DNA from: the human T2T-CHM13v2.0 reference genome, Homo sapiens
Reading direction: 5' to 3' (one strand)
Assembly: GCF_009914755.1 (NCBI RefSeq)
Contig: NC_060948.1
DNA: 64,000 nucleotides
Below the pieces are notes generated by a model that was given only the letters and a program-made list of their open reading frames with translations, did not search any database and was not told the DNA's origin. Position 1 is the stretch's first letter; each line of letters opens with the position of its first letter. The position numbers and the translations under genes are program-made. Below, piece after piece: positions 23,649 through 43,443 of this stretch.

Positions 23649-25510
23649 TGTAATAGTTTAAATATACATTCAAAAATTATTTGAAACTCTTCAAAAAGTA
23701 TGAAGGATCTTCAAAAAGTTCATGAGAAATGCATATTGAGAATAAATTCTGCATAGACTTCAAAAATATTTTGCAACTAAATAAACTTTTACTAACTTTG
23801 TTATAACATGTCTGAACAGGATCTAATTTGGGGAATTATAATAAGGAAACTAAGACACCAATTTGAAAAGAGATCGTATTAGAGCAGCATGAATTCTACT
23901 AAAATTAAAGCAAGAAAAAACATCAAATTTATGGCCATTTTGGGTGAAAGAATAGTAAAATAACTAATTCTTTATAACAATTTATGGGGACAATGCCCCC
24001 CGACATTCACAAGCATACAAATGAATAACTCATTTTAAGAAGGGATGATTAGGTGTTGAAGATAAAGCCCACAGTGGAAGACAATTCACATTAACTCACC
24101 AGAAAAGAAATTAATCTTGTTCATGCCGTGCTTTAGGAGTGACAACGGTATAAACAACAGTTTAGGAATGACAACGGTATAAACAACAGTCAACACCATG
24201 GCCATCTCTTAAATTCACACAATTTTGAGAATTTTTCCACTCAATAGATTAGAAAACTCTTGTTCCTAGATCAGCTGCAGACAAGAACAGAGCTTTCAAC
24301 TGAAATTGTACATAAATGTTATTAAGATCTTGAGGCATTTCTTCAAATAATTGTGTGAGGAAGTCAAACACAGCTGTTCCATGAAATTTTCAACATAAAA
24401 CAGAAATAAAGCAACGGCTACCAAGAAGTGAAAGTGGTCCAGTCTCAGCAAAAGGTTACTGGTCTAGAACAAAGCTCATAGCAACAGTGTCAGGGTGCTC
24501 AAGGCATTTTGCCTGTTGGCTTTCTAGAGGGCCAAAAACAAAACAAAACAATACATAATGCAATAAAACATGCTATTATGGAGTATTTTGAGACAGTTAC
24601 CCAAAGCGTTAGGGGAAATATTTCCAGAAAATTTTACCATAGAATTCTTCACCACCACAACAATGTTCCTCCTCTTTCCTCTCATTAAAAAAAATCAAAG
24701 GACAATTTTGCTGGACTTTCCATGGAAAATTATTAAGCATCCACCTTTTAACCCTGATTTGGCTCCCTCCAACTTCTTTTTCTCTTCTGATTTTAAAACA
24801 GCTTTAAAAGACACCCATTTTCTACAGTTAATAATGTAAAAGAGACTTTCCTGACATTGTTAAATTCCCAGGACCTTACTTTTTGTGGGGATAGACTGAA
24901 GGCTGGTATTATTGCTTATAAAAGTGTCTTGAACTTGACTTGATGAAGCTAATGTTGAGAAATAAAGTTTATATATTTTATTTTTGTGTTTTACTTTCAT
25001 TTTTTCACAAACTTATTGAAGTCCTTTCATAGACCCTAATTCTTTTCTTCTTGAAGGTATGTCAAGCTTAAAAATCCTTTCTGGTGAATAGAAGGTGACA
25101 GAAGTGTCCATGTGTGACTTCTGAGTCTAGGTCATAAAAGATTTTGCCACTAATGCATTGTTTTTCCTAAGCCACTCTCTCTGAAAGAAACCAGCCACTA
25201 TTTGGTGAGAACAGTCAATCATCCCTACAAAAATATCTATGTGGAGAGAACCTGAGACCTTCAATTAAAAACCCCACCAACTTGCAGGCCATGAATGTTA
25301 GCAAAGTTGAAAGTGGATCTTCTAGTTGCTGTCAAGAGTTTGGATGACAGCCCCAATTGAAATCTGACTGTAACCACATGAGATGGCCTGGGGCACAAAC
25401 ACCAGGATAATTGTTCTTGAATTTCTCATCTACAGAAATTCAGGTAATAAATATTGTGATTTTATGCCATAAAGTTTTGGGGTTACATGTTATGAAACAA
25501 TACATAGCAA
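23649..25510 (+). mobile_element. MLT1 (E/F-like) MaLR LTR split by Hsmar2
   Basis: MLT1-like start tgtaatagtttaaatatacattcaaaaattatttg; resumes after the mariner with ccctaattc..gtgacttctgagtctaggtcataaaag..ccataaagttttggggttacatgttatg. Confidence 0.65.
23701..25029 (+). mobile_element. Full-length Hsmar2 mariner transposon (transposase decayed)
   Basis: TIRs tgaaggatcttcaaaaagttcatg / tcacaaacttattgaagtcctttca flanked by TA; ~1.3 kb; transposase start MNSTKIKARKNIKFM at 23889; mariner motif HPPFNPDLAPSNFFF (YSPDLAPSD-type). Confidence 0.92.
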
Positions 25511-25543
25511 CTTCACTCTTTCAACATCCATTTTATTTTTTAT

Positions 25544-25847
25544 ACAACCATGCATTTTTAATAATGAGGATATATATTGAGAAATGCACCATTGTGTAGT
25601 ATTATTACTGTGTGAACATCATAGAATGTACTTACACAAACCTAGGTGGTATAGCCCATTGGAGACCTAGACTATATGGTATAGCCTATTGCTCCTAAAC
25701 TACAAACCTGGACAGCATGTTACTATGCTGAATACTGTAAGCAATTGTAACACTATAGTCAACATTTGTATACATAAACATAAAAGGCACAGCAAATTTA
25801 TGTTATAAAAGATTTAAAAAATGGTATATTTGAATAAGGCACTTACC
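25544..25847 (+). mobile_element. Tigger3 (MER7/Golem) DNA transposon fragment
   Basis: gagaaatgcaccatt..tgtgaacatcatagaatgtacttacacaaacctag..gcctattgctcctaaactacaaacctg..aaggcacttacc. Confidence 0.8.
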
Positions 25848-27649
25848 TCAGGTGGTCTGCTAATTTTCATGGTCACATGAAGATTCCACTGAAATATATT
25901 CTGAACTACCCACTGCCATAGGTGGCAGCCTTGACTATGTGCACCACCCATGAAGGTCGCCTTTCCCTTGCTTTTCCTGACTTTTCAAGTGCATGATTAT
26001 GTGCTAAGTCATCACAAGAGCTGAACTCTGTTCTCTTTCTGTTGGGTTCTGCAGCTATTTATTATCAGTTTGGTACCTAGATTTTGTAGACCCTATTTCG
26101 TTGACATTCTTGGTAGAATCAGGCCATCTTCATCCCATTGTGCTATCCTTGTGTTACTGTCATGTATTATAATGTGTAAAGTCATTTTTTTTAAGAACAA
26201 TCTGAGGGTAGACCATAGGCATAGGACCTTTGTGCCTATTGTTTCAGCCAACCTCACAGAGAGAACAGTTAGTGGTTTTCCCTTGATCAGCATTAATTTG
26301 GATAAACGTTGCTGTCAGTTACTGTGAAACTGGTTACATTTTCCTTTCACTTTTTTTCATCTTAAGAAAACATCTTTAATCCATACAGCATGTTTTCTCT
26401 TGTTTTATACCCACTGGAGTCATAGGCATTTTTCTGCTTTAAGTTATGGCCAACCATTGGATTAGGGCTGAGACATTAGGTGCACAGGATTACACACAAA
26501 CTGTTCTCCAAATACTCTTCATTTTAGGATAAAAGTATTGGTACTTATATATACTTTAATTACAATTCTTACACTTATTTCTCTGAATACCATTAGTTCA
26601 ATGATTATTTGAACCTTTAATGACCACATTAATGAATGTTGACGAGACAAACATTCTTCCTTTGAGAGGCACTTTAGAAAGACAAAGAATCTTCAGGTCC
26701 AATGGGAAGTATTTCTAGTTGGTACATATAATGAGCCAAGAAGACTGTACACATAATTATGAATGAGACATTGCTCCACGAAAATATTCTATTGCTAAAG
26801 ATGTCTAAAGATGAAAAATTTACAATCAGAAGCAACAAAAACCAGACACATTTTTTAGTAAATGTGTCTCCTCCTTGTCCTTCTGTTGCCTCCTTGCATG
26901 TTGCTCTCCCTCCTGCCCCTTATGATTCTAATATCTCATCTTTTGCCCAACTATTGACTTCTCCTTCTAGTTTTTTAATATGAAATTATTTTCTGAGCTG
27001 TCACACATTCCCAAATTGTTTGTTTCACCTAAGTATCCACCTTTCCCATGACCCAGATTGGTAAGCAACTGCAGAATTCAAATCTAGTGCATGAGTTCAG
27101 AGTTGCACATGAACTAACAAGTTATAATTAACGATTTTTAAAAACTAAACAAGAAAATTAAATATTCATCAAATAATTTAGAATTATTTAGGGCACATAT
27201 GGCTTAGGGTTACTTGACATATCAACTTGTACACCTGTTAGATGGAACATCAGATGCTAAATCCTGGATGACAAAATGTGATTGGCCTGACCTGCTAGGA
27301 AACTTGTAGAATTCCTCTTTCCAAAATATCAGGGTCAAAATCATTCATAAAAACAATAATACAATTATTAAACTATAGAAGATTTGTAGATAGAATATAA
27401 AATTTTTTGTCACAACTCAGTTAAAACAGGTTTTTCTGAAGATCAATATTTATGTAAAAGTTATAAAACATAAAATAATAATAGGGATAATTACATAATA
27501 AAAGCTATCACAAATACTGAACAGAAGACTTCAGAAATTATACTAATTTTGCCATTTATATTTTACTATCAACTATAATTATTGTTTTTCTTAAAAGAAA
27601 TAAATATACCATTATGAGGTGATCAGAAGCAGACAAGGAGGTTAGACAT

Positions 27650-27860
27650 TTCCTCATTTATTCACTCAGCGACCCTGTCACAGAACTAAATCTGTGCTAA
27701 GTGCCATGATGGGCCCAGCATGTGGTGCTGAGAAATGATTGAGTGGCCCTTTCCCCAACTCAAGAAGCCTGCAGTCTGAGGATATATGGACAAAAACCCT
27801 AAAGCAAGTACAAGTAAATGAAGAGTAAATGCTATAATTAAAATAAAGTAGGATGTTGAA
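27650..27860 (-). mobile_element. L2 3'-end fragment
   Basis: tcatttattcactcagc..gtgctaagtgcc..ctcaagaagcctgcagtctg motif. Confidence 0.45.
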
Positions 27861-28099
27861 AGGCAGGGCGGGGAGCCATAGCATTCTAGGGACCCAAATG
27901 CCTCTCTGTGGCAACAGATGACCAGCCCTGCACAACTCTGGGGATACAGTGTCAGTGAGATGCCACTCCTGGTGCAGAGAAATGCAGGCAGAAGTGACTT
28001 TGGCAGAGGATGAGAGAAAGAGGCCGGCAGGGCTAGAGGGAGCCTGGGGAAGAGAAAAGGAGAGGGAAGGAGGACTCTGGGACCTAGAAGAATAAGACA

Positions 28100-28920
28100 G
28101 TGATCTGCTTCTCTCTGACAACATTCTCCCCAAACTTAGCATCTTTAACAACAAATTCTTACTATCTCACAATTTATGTGGACCAGAATCTGGACACAGC
28201 TTTGCTGGTTGCCTGCACATGGGGCTCCATGAAGCTGGGGCTGTGCTCTCAGCTGAAGCTGAGCTGTGAGAGGATTAGATTCCAAGCACACTCATATGGG
28301 TATTGTCCAGATTCAGTGTAGACTGAGAGCCTGAGTGTTTCCTGGGGCCTGGGCACTCCCTCATTCTCTGTTGTGTAGGCCACTGCATAGGCAGCTCATA
28401 ACTCTGGATCTTGTTTTCTGAACTTGAGGGATGCAGTAGAAAGACAGGGAAATAAATACACATTGAAAGAGAAAGAGAAAGACATTGGCAGAAAATGGGA
28501 GAGAAAACAATGGGCAGAGTAAGTAGAAGAATGAGAGAAATAGATTGAGGGACAAAACACAGAAGAAAGAGACGAGGAGAAAATGAGGTGAAAGCCTCAG
28601 GAACAGTATTACTGGCTCTATAAACAAAACAAAACAAAACACAACAAAAAACCCAGAGAACTCCATCCTCCACTATCTGTCAGGCAAATATAGAATGTAA
28701 AGACTACAGTCTGAAACTCAGAAGAGAGAGTTCTCACTAGAGCTCGACCATGCTGGCATTCTGATCTTCAACTTCTGTCCTCCAGAACTGTGAGAAAGAA
28801 CATTGAAGAACATTGTACTGTTGATAAGCGGCTCATTCTATCTTTGCTGTAACAGCCAATCTAAGACAGAAATGTTATCATATCACATTTATTGCATTCC
28901 ATTTGTCAGAAGTGAGCTGC
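28100..28920. mobile_element. MLT1 LTR fragments (minus-strand MLT1 with a plus-strand MLT1A/B-like 3' end at ~28700-28868)
   Basis: ccccaaacttagcatctttaacaacaa..tctcacaatttatgtggaccagaatctgg; ccatgctggcattctgatcttcaacttc..cctccagaactgtgagaaa..ctaagaca. Confidence 0.6.
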
Positions 28921-29079
28921 AGACCCCTTAGTGTTATGAGCCTTCCTATAGTCTGCCAACCACATAGGCCAAAATGAGGGACATGGGTCTGATTCTGAAT
29001 ATAATGAGAAGGCTCTAAAAAGAATAATGTCAGAGGATGACAACATGTGAATTTCATTTCACCTCAAATTCTTACTAGT

Positions 29080-29420
29080 GTAGAATGAAAAATGAGGCTG
29101 AGAGGGGAAGCGACTTTCCAATATCACAGTGCTGGACACAGGCCTGCTTGTGTTGTATTCTATGTTACCTCCCATTCCTTCTTATAATTATTTTATCTCT
29201 AAATGCGTGCATTGTCTACATGGGATGCCACACCATGAGTTTTACAGGTCTTATCTCATACACACCCGATGAGTTCCCTAGGGAGATGCTGGCATATTAC
29301 CCACTGTACAGGTTGAAAGGCCCCAAAACCTACAATAACTTTTCTAGTGTCACAGAACTAATAAGAAATACTAGGTTCTTACCCAGATCTATGACCTCAA
29401 ACCTGAGACCCTGGCTTCAT
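29080..29420. mobile_element. MIR fragments
   Basis: gaaaaatgaggctgagagggg..cacag and gtcacagaactaataag..ttcttacccagatctatgacctcaaa. Confidence 0.5.
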
Positions 29421-29989
29421 TCAGGTCTTTTCAGGGAAGTGAGGAGGGCTGTTCTTGCATAATTGTGCACAGCTAAAGAGTTGACACGCAGGGATAGTGA
29501 GCAGTCAGTAGCCCAGAAGGTCATTTTAGATGGGTTTTATGGAGGAAAGCAAGGAGCCAGAGGATGAAACTTTGAAAAAGTGATCTTACTTCCTTTGTGA
29601 CAGACCCCAACAGAACTTAGAACTCTGGTAACCAAGCACCTACATCCTAGAGACAACCCTGTGCCCAGGTCACTCATGGAAAATGTTTAACAGAGCACAA
29701 TATGCTCCTGGTAGATCCCAATACTCTTAGGCTCTTGATTCAGGAAGGCCTAAAGTGAAAACCTTTTCTGAGATGCTGACATTGGCTTATTCCACACACC
29801 AGATGTCTCTGGAAATTTTGTAGGGGTTGCCCAGAGATAACAAACACTAAGCTTAGGGCAAGCCCCTCCAGGCTGGGTCTCACCAGTGCTTTCATTTACC
29901 TTGCATTAGAATGTATGGAAAAAACAGGAATTTAAAATAGCAAAGATTGACCCAAACTACTTTTTTATTAGATTCCCTAAGGTTCTGTA

Positions 29990-30258
29990 TTGGTGTTGTT
30001 GTTGTTTTGTTTCTTTGTTTGAGACAAGACCTAACTCTCACTCAGGCTGGAGTTCAGTGGCACAATCACAGCTCACTGTAGCCTAGATCTCCTGAGCTCG
30101 AGCAATTCTCTCACCTCAGCCTCCCAAGTAGCCGAGAGACTACTGGTGCACACCACCACACCTGGCTAATATATATATATATATATTATTTTTAGCAGAG
30201 ATGAGGTCTCATTGTGTTGCCCAGGTCTGTCTTGAACTCCTGAACTCAAGCAATCCTC
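29990..30258 (-). mobile_element. AluJ, partial, with (TA)n in the linker
   Basis: cacagctcactgtagcctagatctcctgagctcgagcaattctc..gttgcccaggtctgtcttgaactcctgaactcaagcaatcctc. Confidence 0.85.
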
Positions 30259-30865
30259 AATTTTTGATACATAAATATGCTAGGTGTAGGATTCTTAGTC
30301 GAGAGCTTTATTTTTTTTTTCTGTGAGCAGTGACCAAGGAAAGTTTCAAAAGAAGAAATAGAGAAACTTTAAATAAGGCAATTAAATGAACAAATAAAGA
30401 GCTAAGAAAAAACAAAGATTGAGTATTGAGGTTGTATTTATGGCAGCTAATGATAGACTGGATCCAGTCAGAGAGTTCAAGCAGAATTGTATTTGCAGAG
30501 AGTAGAAGTCAGAGAGTGAGGGTGTCCAAAATGAAGCCAACTGGAATATTTTTTTGTTACAGAATCAAAAACAATGCATGGGGACACACCATGCCAAACC
30601 CAAACAGGCTGAGCTGTTGCTCTGCACTAAGAAATATAGGTTTATGGGAAGAAAAGCTACCATCATAACAACAAGTGTATTTGTATTTAAAAAAATCATA
30701 AATGTGCAGTTATAATCAGGATTAAGGTTAAAGTTATATTTCAGGTTTGGTTGGTGGGTGTCACAAAGCAAAAAATGTGTCTGTTGCCAAGAAGTGGGCA
30801 TTCTAGTTTGCAAAATAAAATATCCCCATGACTAGAGACAGAAGATAACAAAAAGGGATGGGATG

Positions 30866-31185
<320 letters not shown>

Positions 31186-31941
31186 GGGATGGCATGGAAA
31201 ACACAAGTTCCTGGAAATTTATGTCAAAATCAGATATATAAAGAAGGACAATGTGCATCTCAGTCATCAATTCTGCCTGTAATTGAGGTTTTTTTCTGCC
31301 CTTGATAAATATACCAGGCCTACTACGTGACAGGTGAAAAGCAGCCTACATTCTGTTTCCCCTGCAAGATGCCTTGACTTAGGGATCTGTTCCCAGGGGA
31401 AAAAGCACATCTTTTAAGTACTTTTGGAGCATGAGTTATCTTCCAAATTCCAACAAAGTAGCTTATATTTCTAGGTGACCCTAAGACCACTAAAGAAGAA
31501 ATAAATGAAGACCATGAAACTTTCTTGAACTTGTGGAAATCCATGAGAAAATCTGACATTAAGTTCTATTCTCCTGGAAGGTAGAAATATTGTTTGACTT
31601 CTGTTTTGCTGAGAAGAAATGTGGTCCTGAGCAAGGCTACCTGGGACAATGACCTCACACATGGAAAACGTTGGAGCCCATCTGTTTCCTATCTGCTGTT
31701 TTTCAAAAATTAGGAGAGTTCAGTTTTCCCTTTGATACTGTCTGTTTCTAACAATCCCAGTGCCAGGGCTGTCCTGCTTCTTCAAGTGACAATGACAAAT
31801 ACAGGCCTGAAGGAAGATGAGCTGATGGCATTCCCCGCTTATTACCACTCCTTGGGGGCCTTATCTCCCATACATGGATTCAATTCTTAGACTGAGTTGG
31901 GTGAGTATCTATTATTCAGCTGCATTAGAAGTGGCTGGTTA

Positions 31942-32338
<397 letters not shown>

Positions 32339-32559
32339 TTAGAACTTTCTCCTCATAGTTACCATCTTACTATCACTAAATCATAGCTAAAATAAGGAAA
32401 TTATTTAAGAAGAAATAGAAATATAATCTTATGAGGACATAAATTTAGAGATTTATGGAAAAGCCTTCATAATTTTATGGTGTTCTCTTTGAGCTGGGAT
32501 TATAGTTGACATTTCATTATGGTATATTAGCTATACCAGACTTTTGCATTTATGTAAAG

Positions 32560-37065
<4,506 letters not shown>

Positions 37066-38006
37066 TCTAAAGTATGATTTCTTAATACATGAGCTGTTTT
37101 AAATAAATAAAAATAATGATACTTATCACAAATAATATTTTTTCACAAAGTGATATAAAAATTGCTAATAAATCAATTCTTTTTTGATTGCCACAAAACT
37201 ATCTGGAAATGTATCGTCTGCCATTTATAAATTTTTTGTAGAGTTAATAGAACTTTACCAGAAGGCTGGCAATATGCATCACGATTTCAAATATTGTATT
37301 AATTGTTTTATAATTTTGTGTTTTTTAAAACTAAACTTATTAAATTGGTTATATATTACTTTAGGTAACACTATTTGGTGATGAGAGAATAATAATTTGT
37401 AAAATATTAAGAATATGAGTTCCTTATTACAAAAATGTCCTCTGTTTTATATTACTACCATTTCCTCTGAAAGTTTAGAATTGCAGTTTTCTAATTAAAA
37501 CATATATTCACAAATGTGACTTGTAAATGTTACTATTTGTAATTTGTTTTTGTTTTTTTTTTTTTTTTTTGCATTTGGTAGTGACAGGATTTTTTGGTGT
37601 CTTCTTCTTCAAAATAAAAGGTAGAGAGAATGGAATCAGGAAAGATTAAAACACAAAGGAAAACAATGATGATGGTAGAGATTATTCATTTGCAGCTGGC
37701 CAGGGCCTAAAAATATCAAGAAGAAACATGATGAATACAAAACCTGCATGTCCCTGAATATGATGGAATTTTTAATTTCTATTAAAATTATTCATGATAA
37801 AAATCTCTGTACTTTGCACATTTAAGAGAGAGAAAATCAGAGTGCAGGGACCTCCCCTGATCCTGATAAGAGCATCCAAAGTAGAAAGGATGTGTCTTAA
37901 TCTCCTCCCAAATCCACGGTAGAAACAGTTGCTCTGGGTATCTTATTACAGTGATGCACAGGGACATGTTGGTCAAAGAGCTTGCACACTTTAAAAAAGA
38001 AACGTT

Positions 38007-38342
<336 letters not shown>

Positions 38343-38408
38343 CTACACATCTCCATTACTGTAGATCTACATCATTTATATTAAATTTATGAACAACTTA
38401 CATAATAA

Positions 38409-38857
<449 letters not shown>

Positions 38858-40192
38858 TGCTCATATATTCTTAAATAATGAGATAAGAAAAACCTATCAC
38901 CAGGCAGGATTTTTAGAAGTTTCCAAAAATTGTAACATGAATTGTGATCAAGCCCCTCCCCTGTTTTCTGTCTTTTGTCTCTGCAATAGCAGCTCTACTA
39001 CTTTTTTCCTCAACGAGCTAAGAATTAAATGTATTGAGATCATGAATATCTATGTTAGTAAACAATGTTATTCTGGCTTCATCCTGCATTAAATTAAATT
39101 GTCAGAGAAATTTAGACGTATTTTAGTTCTTTGGTTATTACAATTATTCTTTTGGCATTTCTGCATTTCACAAGGTTCTTTTCATGGAAATATCTAGTTA
39201 GAAAGAATAATACTTTTCTAAAATTGTGAAATCAGTTTCTCAGGTTGCCAAGTATTGCCACTGCACAAACCAACCTTCCTTCATCTGTCCCATGAAACTG
39301 TCATAATCACTTTATGTTGTTGATATCCAGCCATAGGTCTCACAGTGCTGTTTATTGAATATCACCAAAATGATTGTGAACAAGAAATTATCAATATAAT
39401 AATGAAACACCTCAGTATTTTATTATATAAGTTGTATATACATTTAATTTAAGCCAGAGCACAAAGATCTGTAGACAAATCATGTCATTTTAAAAAAATT
39501 TCAACAGATTTGACATTATCATAACGATGAAGAAACAGATTTATTGAGCTCCATTTTCTTTAAATTATTTTTTATTATACTCCCTTTCTTTGCTTCAGAC
39601 ATCTGATCTAAACATCTGCAGTATTTGTGAGCAGTCTTTTGTTCTGGTACATTTAATGGTGTTGTTTTTCCCACAACTACTCATGATTATATATATACTT
39701 AGGGACTTAACACAATTTTGAAGGGTAAGCAAGCACAGTGAGAATGAACTTGATTTGCATTGTCTGTCTCTGAGAGTGCTCAGCGACGTCCCCCTCAGCC
39801 CAAGGACAATCTGGTTGCCACATCTCCTGGTGAGAGCTGAGATGTACATCCTGATTTCTGTTTTTAATGTATCATATGGGACTCAGTTTTCTTTTATACT
39901 CTTACCAACCCATATGACCTCTAAGGATTTTTCTTTCATTCTTTTTTCCCCATGTCTGTACAATGTTACCATAAATCCCATGATACTTCTATAATGGATG
40001 TTTCAGATTCACTGAAAGAAAATATAAGAAACAACAGTAAAGTTTAAAACTGGGATAAGCAATGAATAACTTTTTAGTATGGCTACGCAATATTTGCATA
40101 TTTGTATGTAATATGTTTAAGCAAGTATTGGAAGATATTTATACAAATAATTACCTTACTTACACAAAATTCAAATTGAGTCAAGTGTCTTA

Positions 40193-41330
40193 TAATTTTT
40201 TAATTTTTAATTTTCGTAGGTACATAAGTGTATATATTTATAACATACACGAGATGATTTGACACAGACATACAAAGTTAAACAATCACATCACAAAGAA
40301 TGGGACATCCATCCCCTCAAACATTTATTTTTGAGTTGTGAACAATCTAATTACACTCTTTAAGTTATTTTAAAATGTACAATTACATTATTATTGACTA
40401 TAGTCGCCCTATTGTGCTATCAAATAGCAACTGTCGTTCATTCTAATTATTTTTTGTACCCATGAACAATGCCCACCTCACCCTATCTCCCCAATATCCT
40501 TCCCAGCCTCTGGTAATCATCCTTCTATGCTCTATGTTCATGAGTTCAAGTGGGTTGATTTTGAGATCCCACAAATAAGTGAGGATATATGATGTTTGTC
40601 TTTCTGTGCCTGGCTATTTCACTTAACATAATGATTCCCAGTTCCATCCATGGTCTTGCAGATGACTGGTTCTCATTCTTTTTTAAGGCTGAATGGTACT
40701 CCATTGTGTATATCTACCACATTTTTTAATCCATTCTTGATGGACACTCAGGTTACTTCCAAATCTTAGCTATTATAAATAGTGCTGCAACAAACACAGG
40801 AGTACAGATATCTCAACATACTGATTTCCTTTCTTTTGGGTATATACCCAACAGTAGGATTGCTAGATAATGTGGTAGCTCAATTTTTAGATTTTTGAGG
40901 AACATCAAAACATAAAAAAACCTCAAAACTATAAAAAACATTAGTGATGTTCTTTATAGTGATTATACTAATTTACATTCCCCCTAGCAATATATGAGGG
41001 TTCCCTTTTCTCTAAATTCTCCCTAGCATTTGTTATTTCCTGTATTTTGAATATAAGCCATTTTAACTCCAGTGAGATGATATTGCACTGCAGTTTCTAT
41101 TTGCCTTTCTCTATCAATGATGTTGAGCACCTATTCATATGCCTATTTGCCATTTGTATGTCTTCTTTGGAGGAATATATATTGAAGTCTTTTTTGCCAT
41201 TTTTGACCAGGTTATTGGATTTTTTCTTGTAGAGTTGTTTGAGCTCCTTATATATTGTGGTTATTAATCCTTTGTCAGATGGATAGTTTTCAATTTTTTT
41301 TCCCATTTTGTGGCTTGTCTCTTCGCTTTC
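40193..41330 (-). mobile_element. L1MA-type LINE-1 3' end
   Basis: Antisense L1MA 3' UTR (attattgactatagtcgccctattgtgctatcaaatag) and ORF2 C-terminus ([22 protein letters not shown]). Confidence 0.85.
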
Positions 41331-41725
41331 CTGGTGTGTTATAGTTTATTTTTCATTTGTTATTTTAACTTTATTTTTCTATAAGTTGTTGGGGTACAGA
41401 TGGTATTTGGTTACATGAGTAAGTTCCTTAGTGGTGATTTGTGAGATTATGGTGCACATATTACCCAAGAAGTATACACTGCACCATACTCATAGTCTTT
41501 TATTGTTCACCTCCCTCCCACTTTTCTCCCAAAGTCCCCAAAGTCCATTGCATCATTGTCGTGCCTTTGTGTCCTCATAGCTTAGCTCCTACATATCAGT
41601 GAGAACATACGATGTTGAGTTTTCCATTCCTGGGTTACATCACTTAGAACTATAGTCTCCAATCTCATTCAGGTCATTGCAAATGATGTTAATTCATTCC
41701 TTTCTATGACTATGTAGTATTCCAT

Positions 41726-41947
41726 CATATATATATATATGTGTGTGTATATATATATATACACACATATATATGTATACACACACACATATATATACAC
41801 CACATATATATATCACATATGTATATACCACATATATATACCATATATATACACCATATATATATACACACCATATATATATACACACCATATATATACA
41901 CACACCATATATATATACACACACACACCATATATATATACGCACAC

Positions 41948-41983
<36 letters not shown>
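41726..41983. repeat. Compound (TA)n/(CA)n/CACCA microsatellite expansion inside L1PB
   Basis: Directly visible; source of the YIY/THT low-complexity ORFs. Confidence 0.95.
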
Positions 41984-41985
<2 letters not shown>

Positions 41986-43253
41986 ACAGTTTCTTTATCC
42001 ACTTTTTGATTGATGGGCACCTGGGTTGGTTCCACGATTTTGTGGATTATGCTGCAATAGACATGCGTGTGCAAGTATGTTTTTCAAATAATGACTATTT
42101 TCCTCTGGGTAGATACCTAGTAGTGGGAATGCTGGATCAAATGGTAGTTCTACTTTTAGTTCTTTAAGGAATCTCCACATTGTTTTTCACAGTGGCTGTA
42201 CTAGTTTACATTCCCACCAGCAGTGTAGAAGTGTTCCGTGTTTACTGCATCCGTGGCAACATCTACTTTTATTTTATTTTTTGTTTGCATGAGGTAAGGT
42301 GGTATTGCATTTTGGTTTTGATTTGAATGTCCCTGATCATTAGTGATGGTGGGCATTTTTATTTATGTTTGTTAGCCATTTGTATATCTTCTTTTGAAAA
42401 CTGTCTATTCATGTCCTTAGCCCATTTTTGATGGGGTTGCTTGTTTTTTTCTTACTGATTTGTTTTAGATTTCTTACTGATTTGTTGTAGATTCTGGATA
42501 TTAGTCCTCTTTCAGATGTACAGATTGTGAAGATTTTCTCCCACTCTGTGGTTGTCTATTTACTCTGCTGACTGTTCCCTTTGCCATGCAAAAGCTCTTT
42601 AGTTTAATTAGGTCCCAGCTATTTATCTCTGTTTATCTGTTTTTATTGCATTTGCTTTTGGGTTCTTTGTCATGACATCCTTGCTTATGCCAGTGTCTAG
42701 AAGGGTTTATCCAGTGTTATCTTCTAGAATTTTTATAGTTTCAGGAATTAGGTTTAAGTCCTTCATCTATCTTGAGTAGCCTTTTGTATAAAGTGAGAGA
42801 TGAGAATCCAGTTTTATTCTCCTACGTGTGGCTCACAAATTATCGCAATATCATGTGTTGAAAAGGGTGTCCTTTCCCCACTTTATGTTTTCATTTACTT
42901 TGTCGAAGATCAGTTGGCTGTAAGTATTTGGGTTAGTTTCTAGGTTCTCTCTTCTGTTCCATTGGTCTATGTGCCTAGCTTTAAACCACTACCATTCTGT
43001 TTTGGTAACTATGTCCTTATTGTACAGTTTGAAATCAAGAGGTGTGTTGCTTCCAGGTTCATTCTTTTTGCTTAGTCTTAGTTTGACTATGCGGCTCTCA
43101 TTTGGTTCCACATGAATTTTAGAATTGTTTTTGTAGATTGCGTTGAATTTGTAGATTGCCTTTAACAGAAAGGTAATTTTCACAATATTGATTCTGCCAA
43201 TCCATAGTCATGGGGGTGAGTTTCCATTTGTCTGTGTCATCTATGATTTCTTT

Positions 43254-43443
43254 TCTTTGTTGTGTGTGTGTTTTTTTGTTTTTGTTTTTGTTTGTTCTGA
43301 GGGAGTTTCACTCTTGTCGCCAAGATGGGAGTGCAATGGCATGATCTTGGCTCACCACAACCTCTGCCTTCTGCGTTCAAGCGATTCTCCTGCCTCACTC
43401 TCCTGAGTAGCTGATTACAGGTGTGCGGCACCATACTTGGCTA
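43254..43443 (-). mobile_element. 5'-truncated Alu (right arm) in L1PB
   Basis: Perfect 16-bp TSD catctatgatttcttt at 43238-43253 and 43444-43459. Confidence 0.9.

Noticed and set aside
24570-24839. Active mariner transposase or SETMAR-like gene
   Set aside because: Short fragment of a frameshifted Hsmar2 ORF; SETMAR derives from Hsmar1.
27678-28673. 101-158 aa minus-strand ORFs
   Set aside because: They overlap L2/MLT1 remnants and a purine-rich low-complexity tract; no recognisable domain.
41694-42167. Six overlapping Tyr/Ile/His/Thr-rich ORFs
   Set aside because: Translations of the compound microsatellite.
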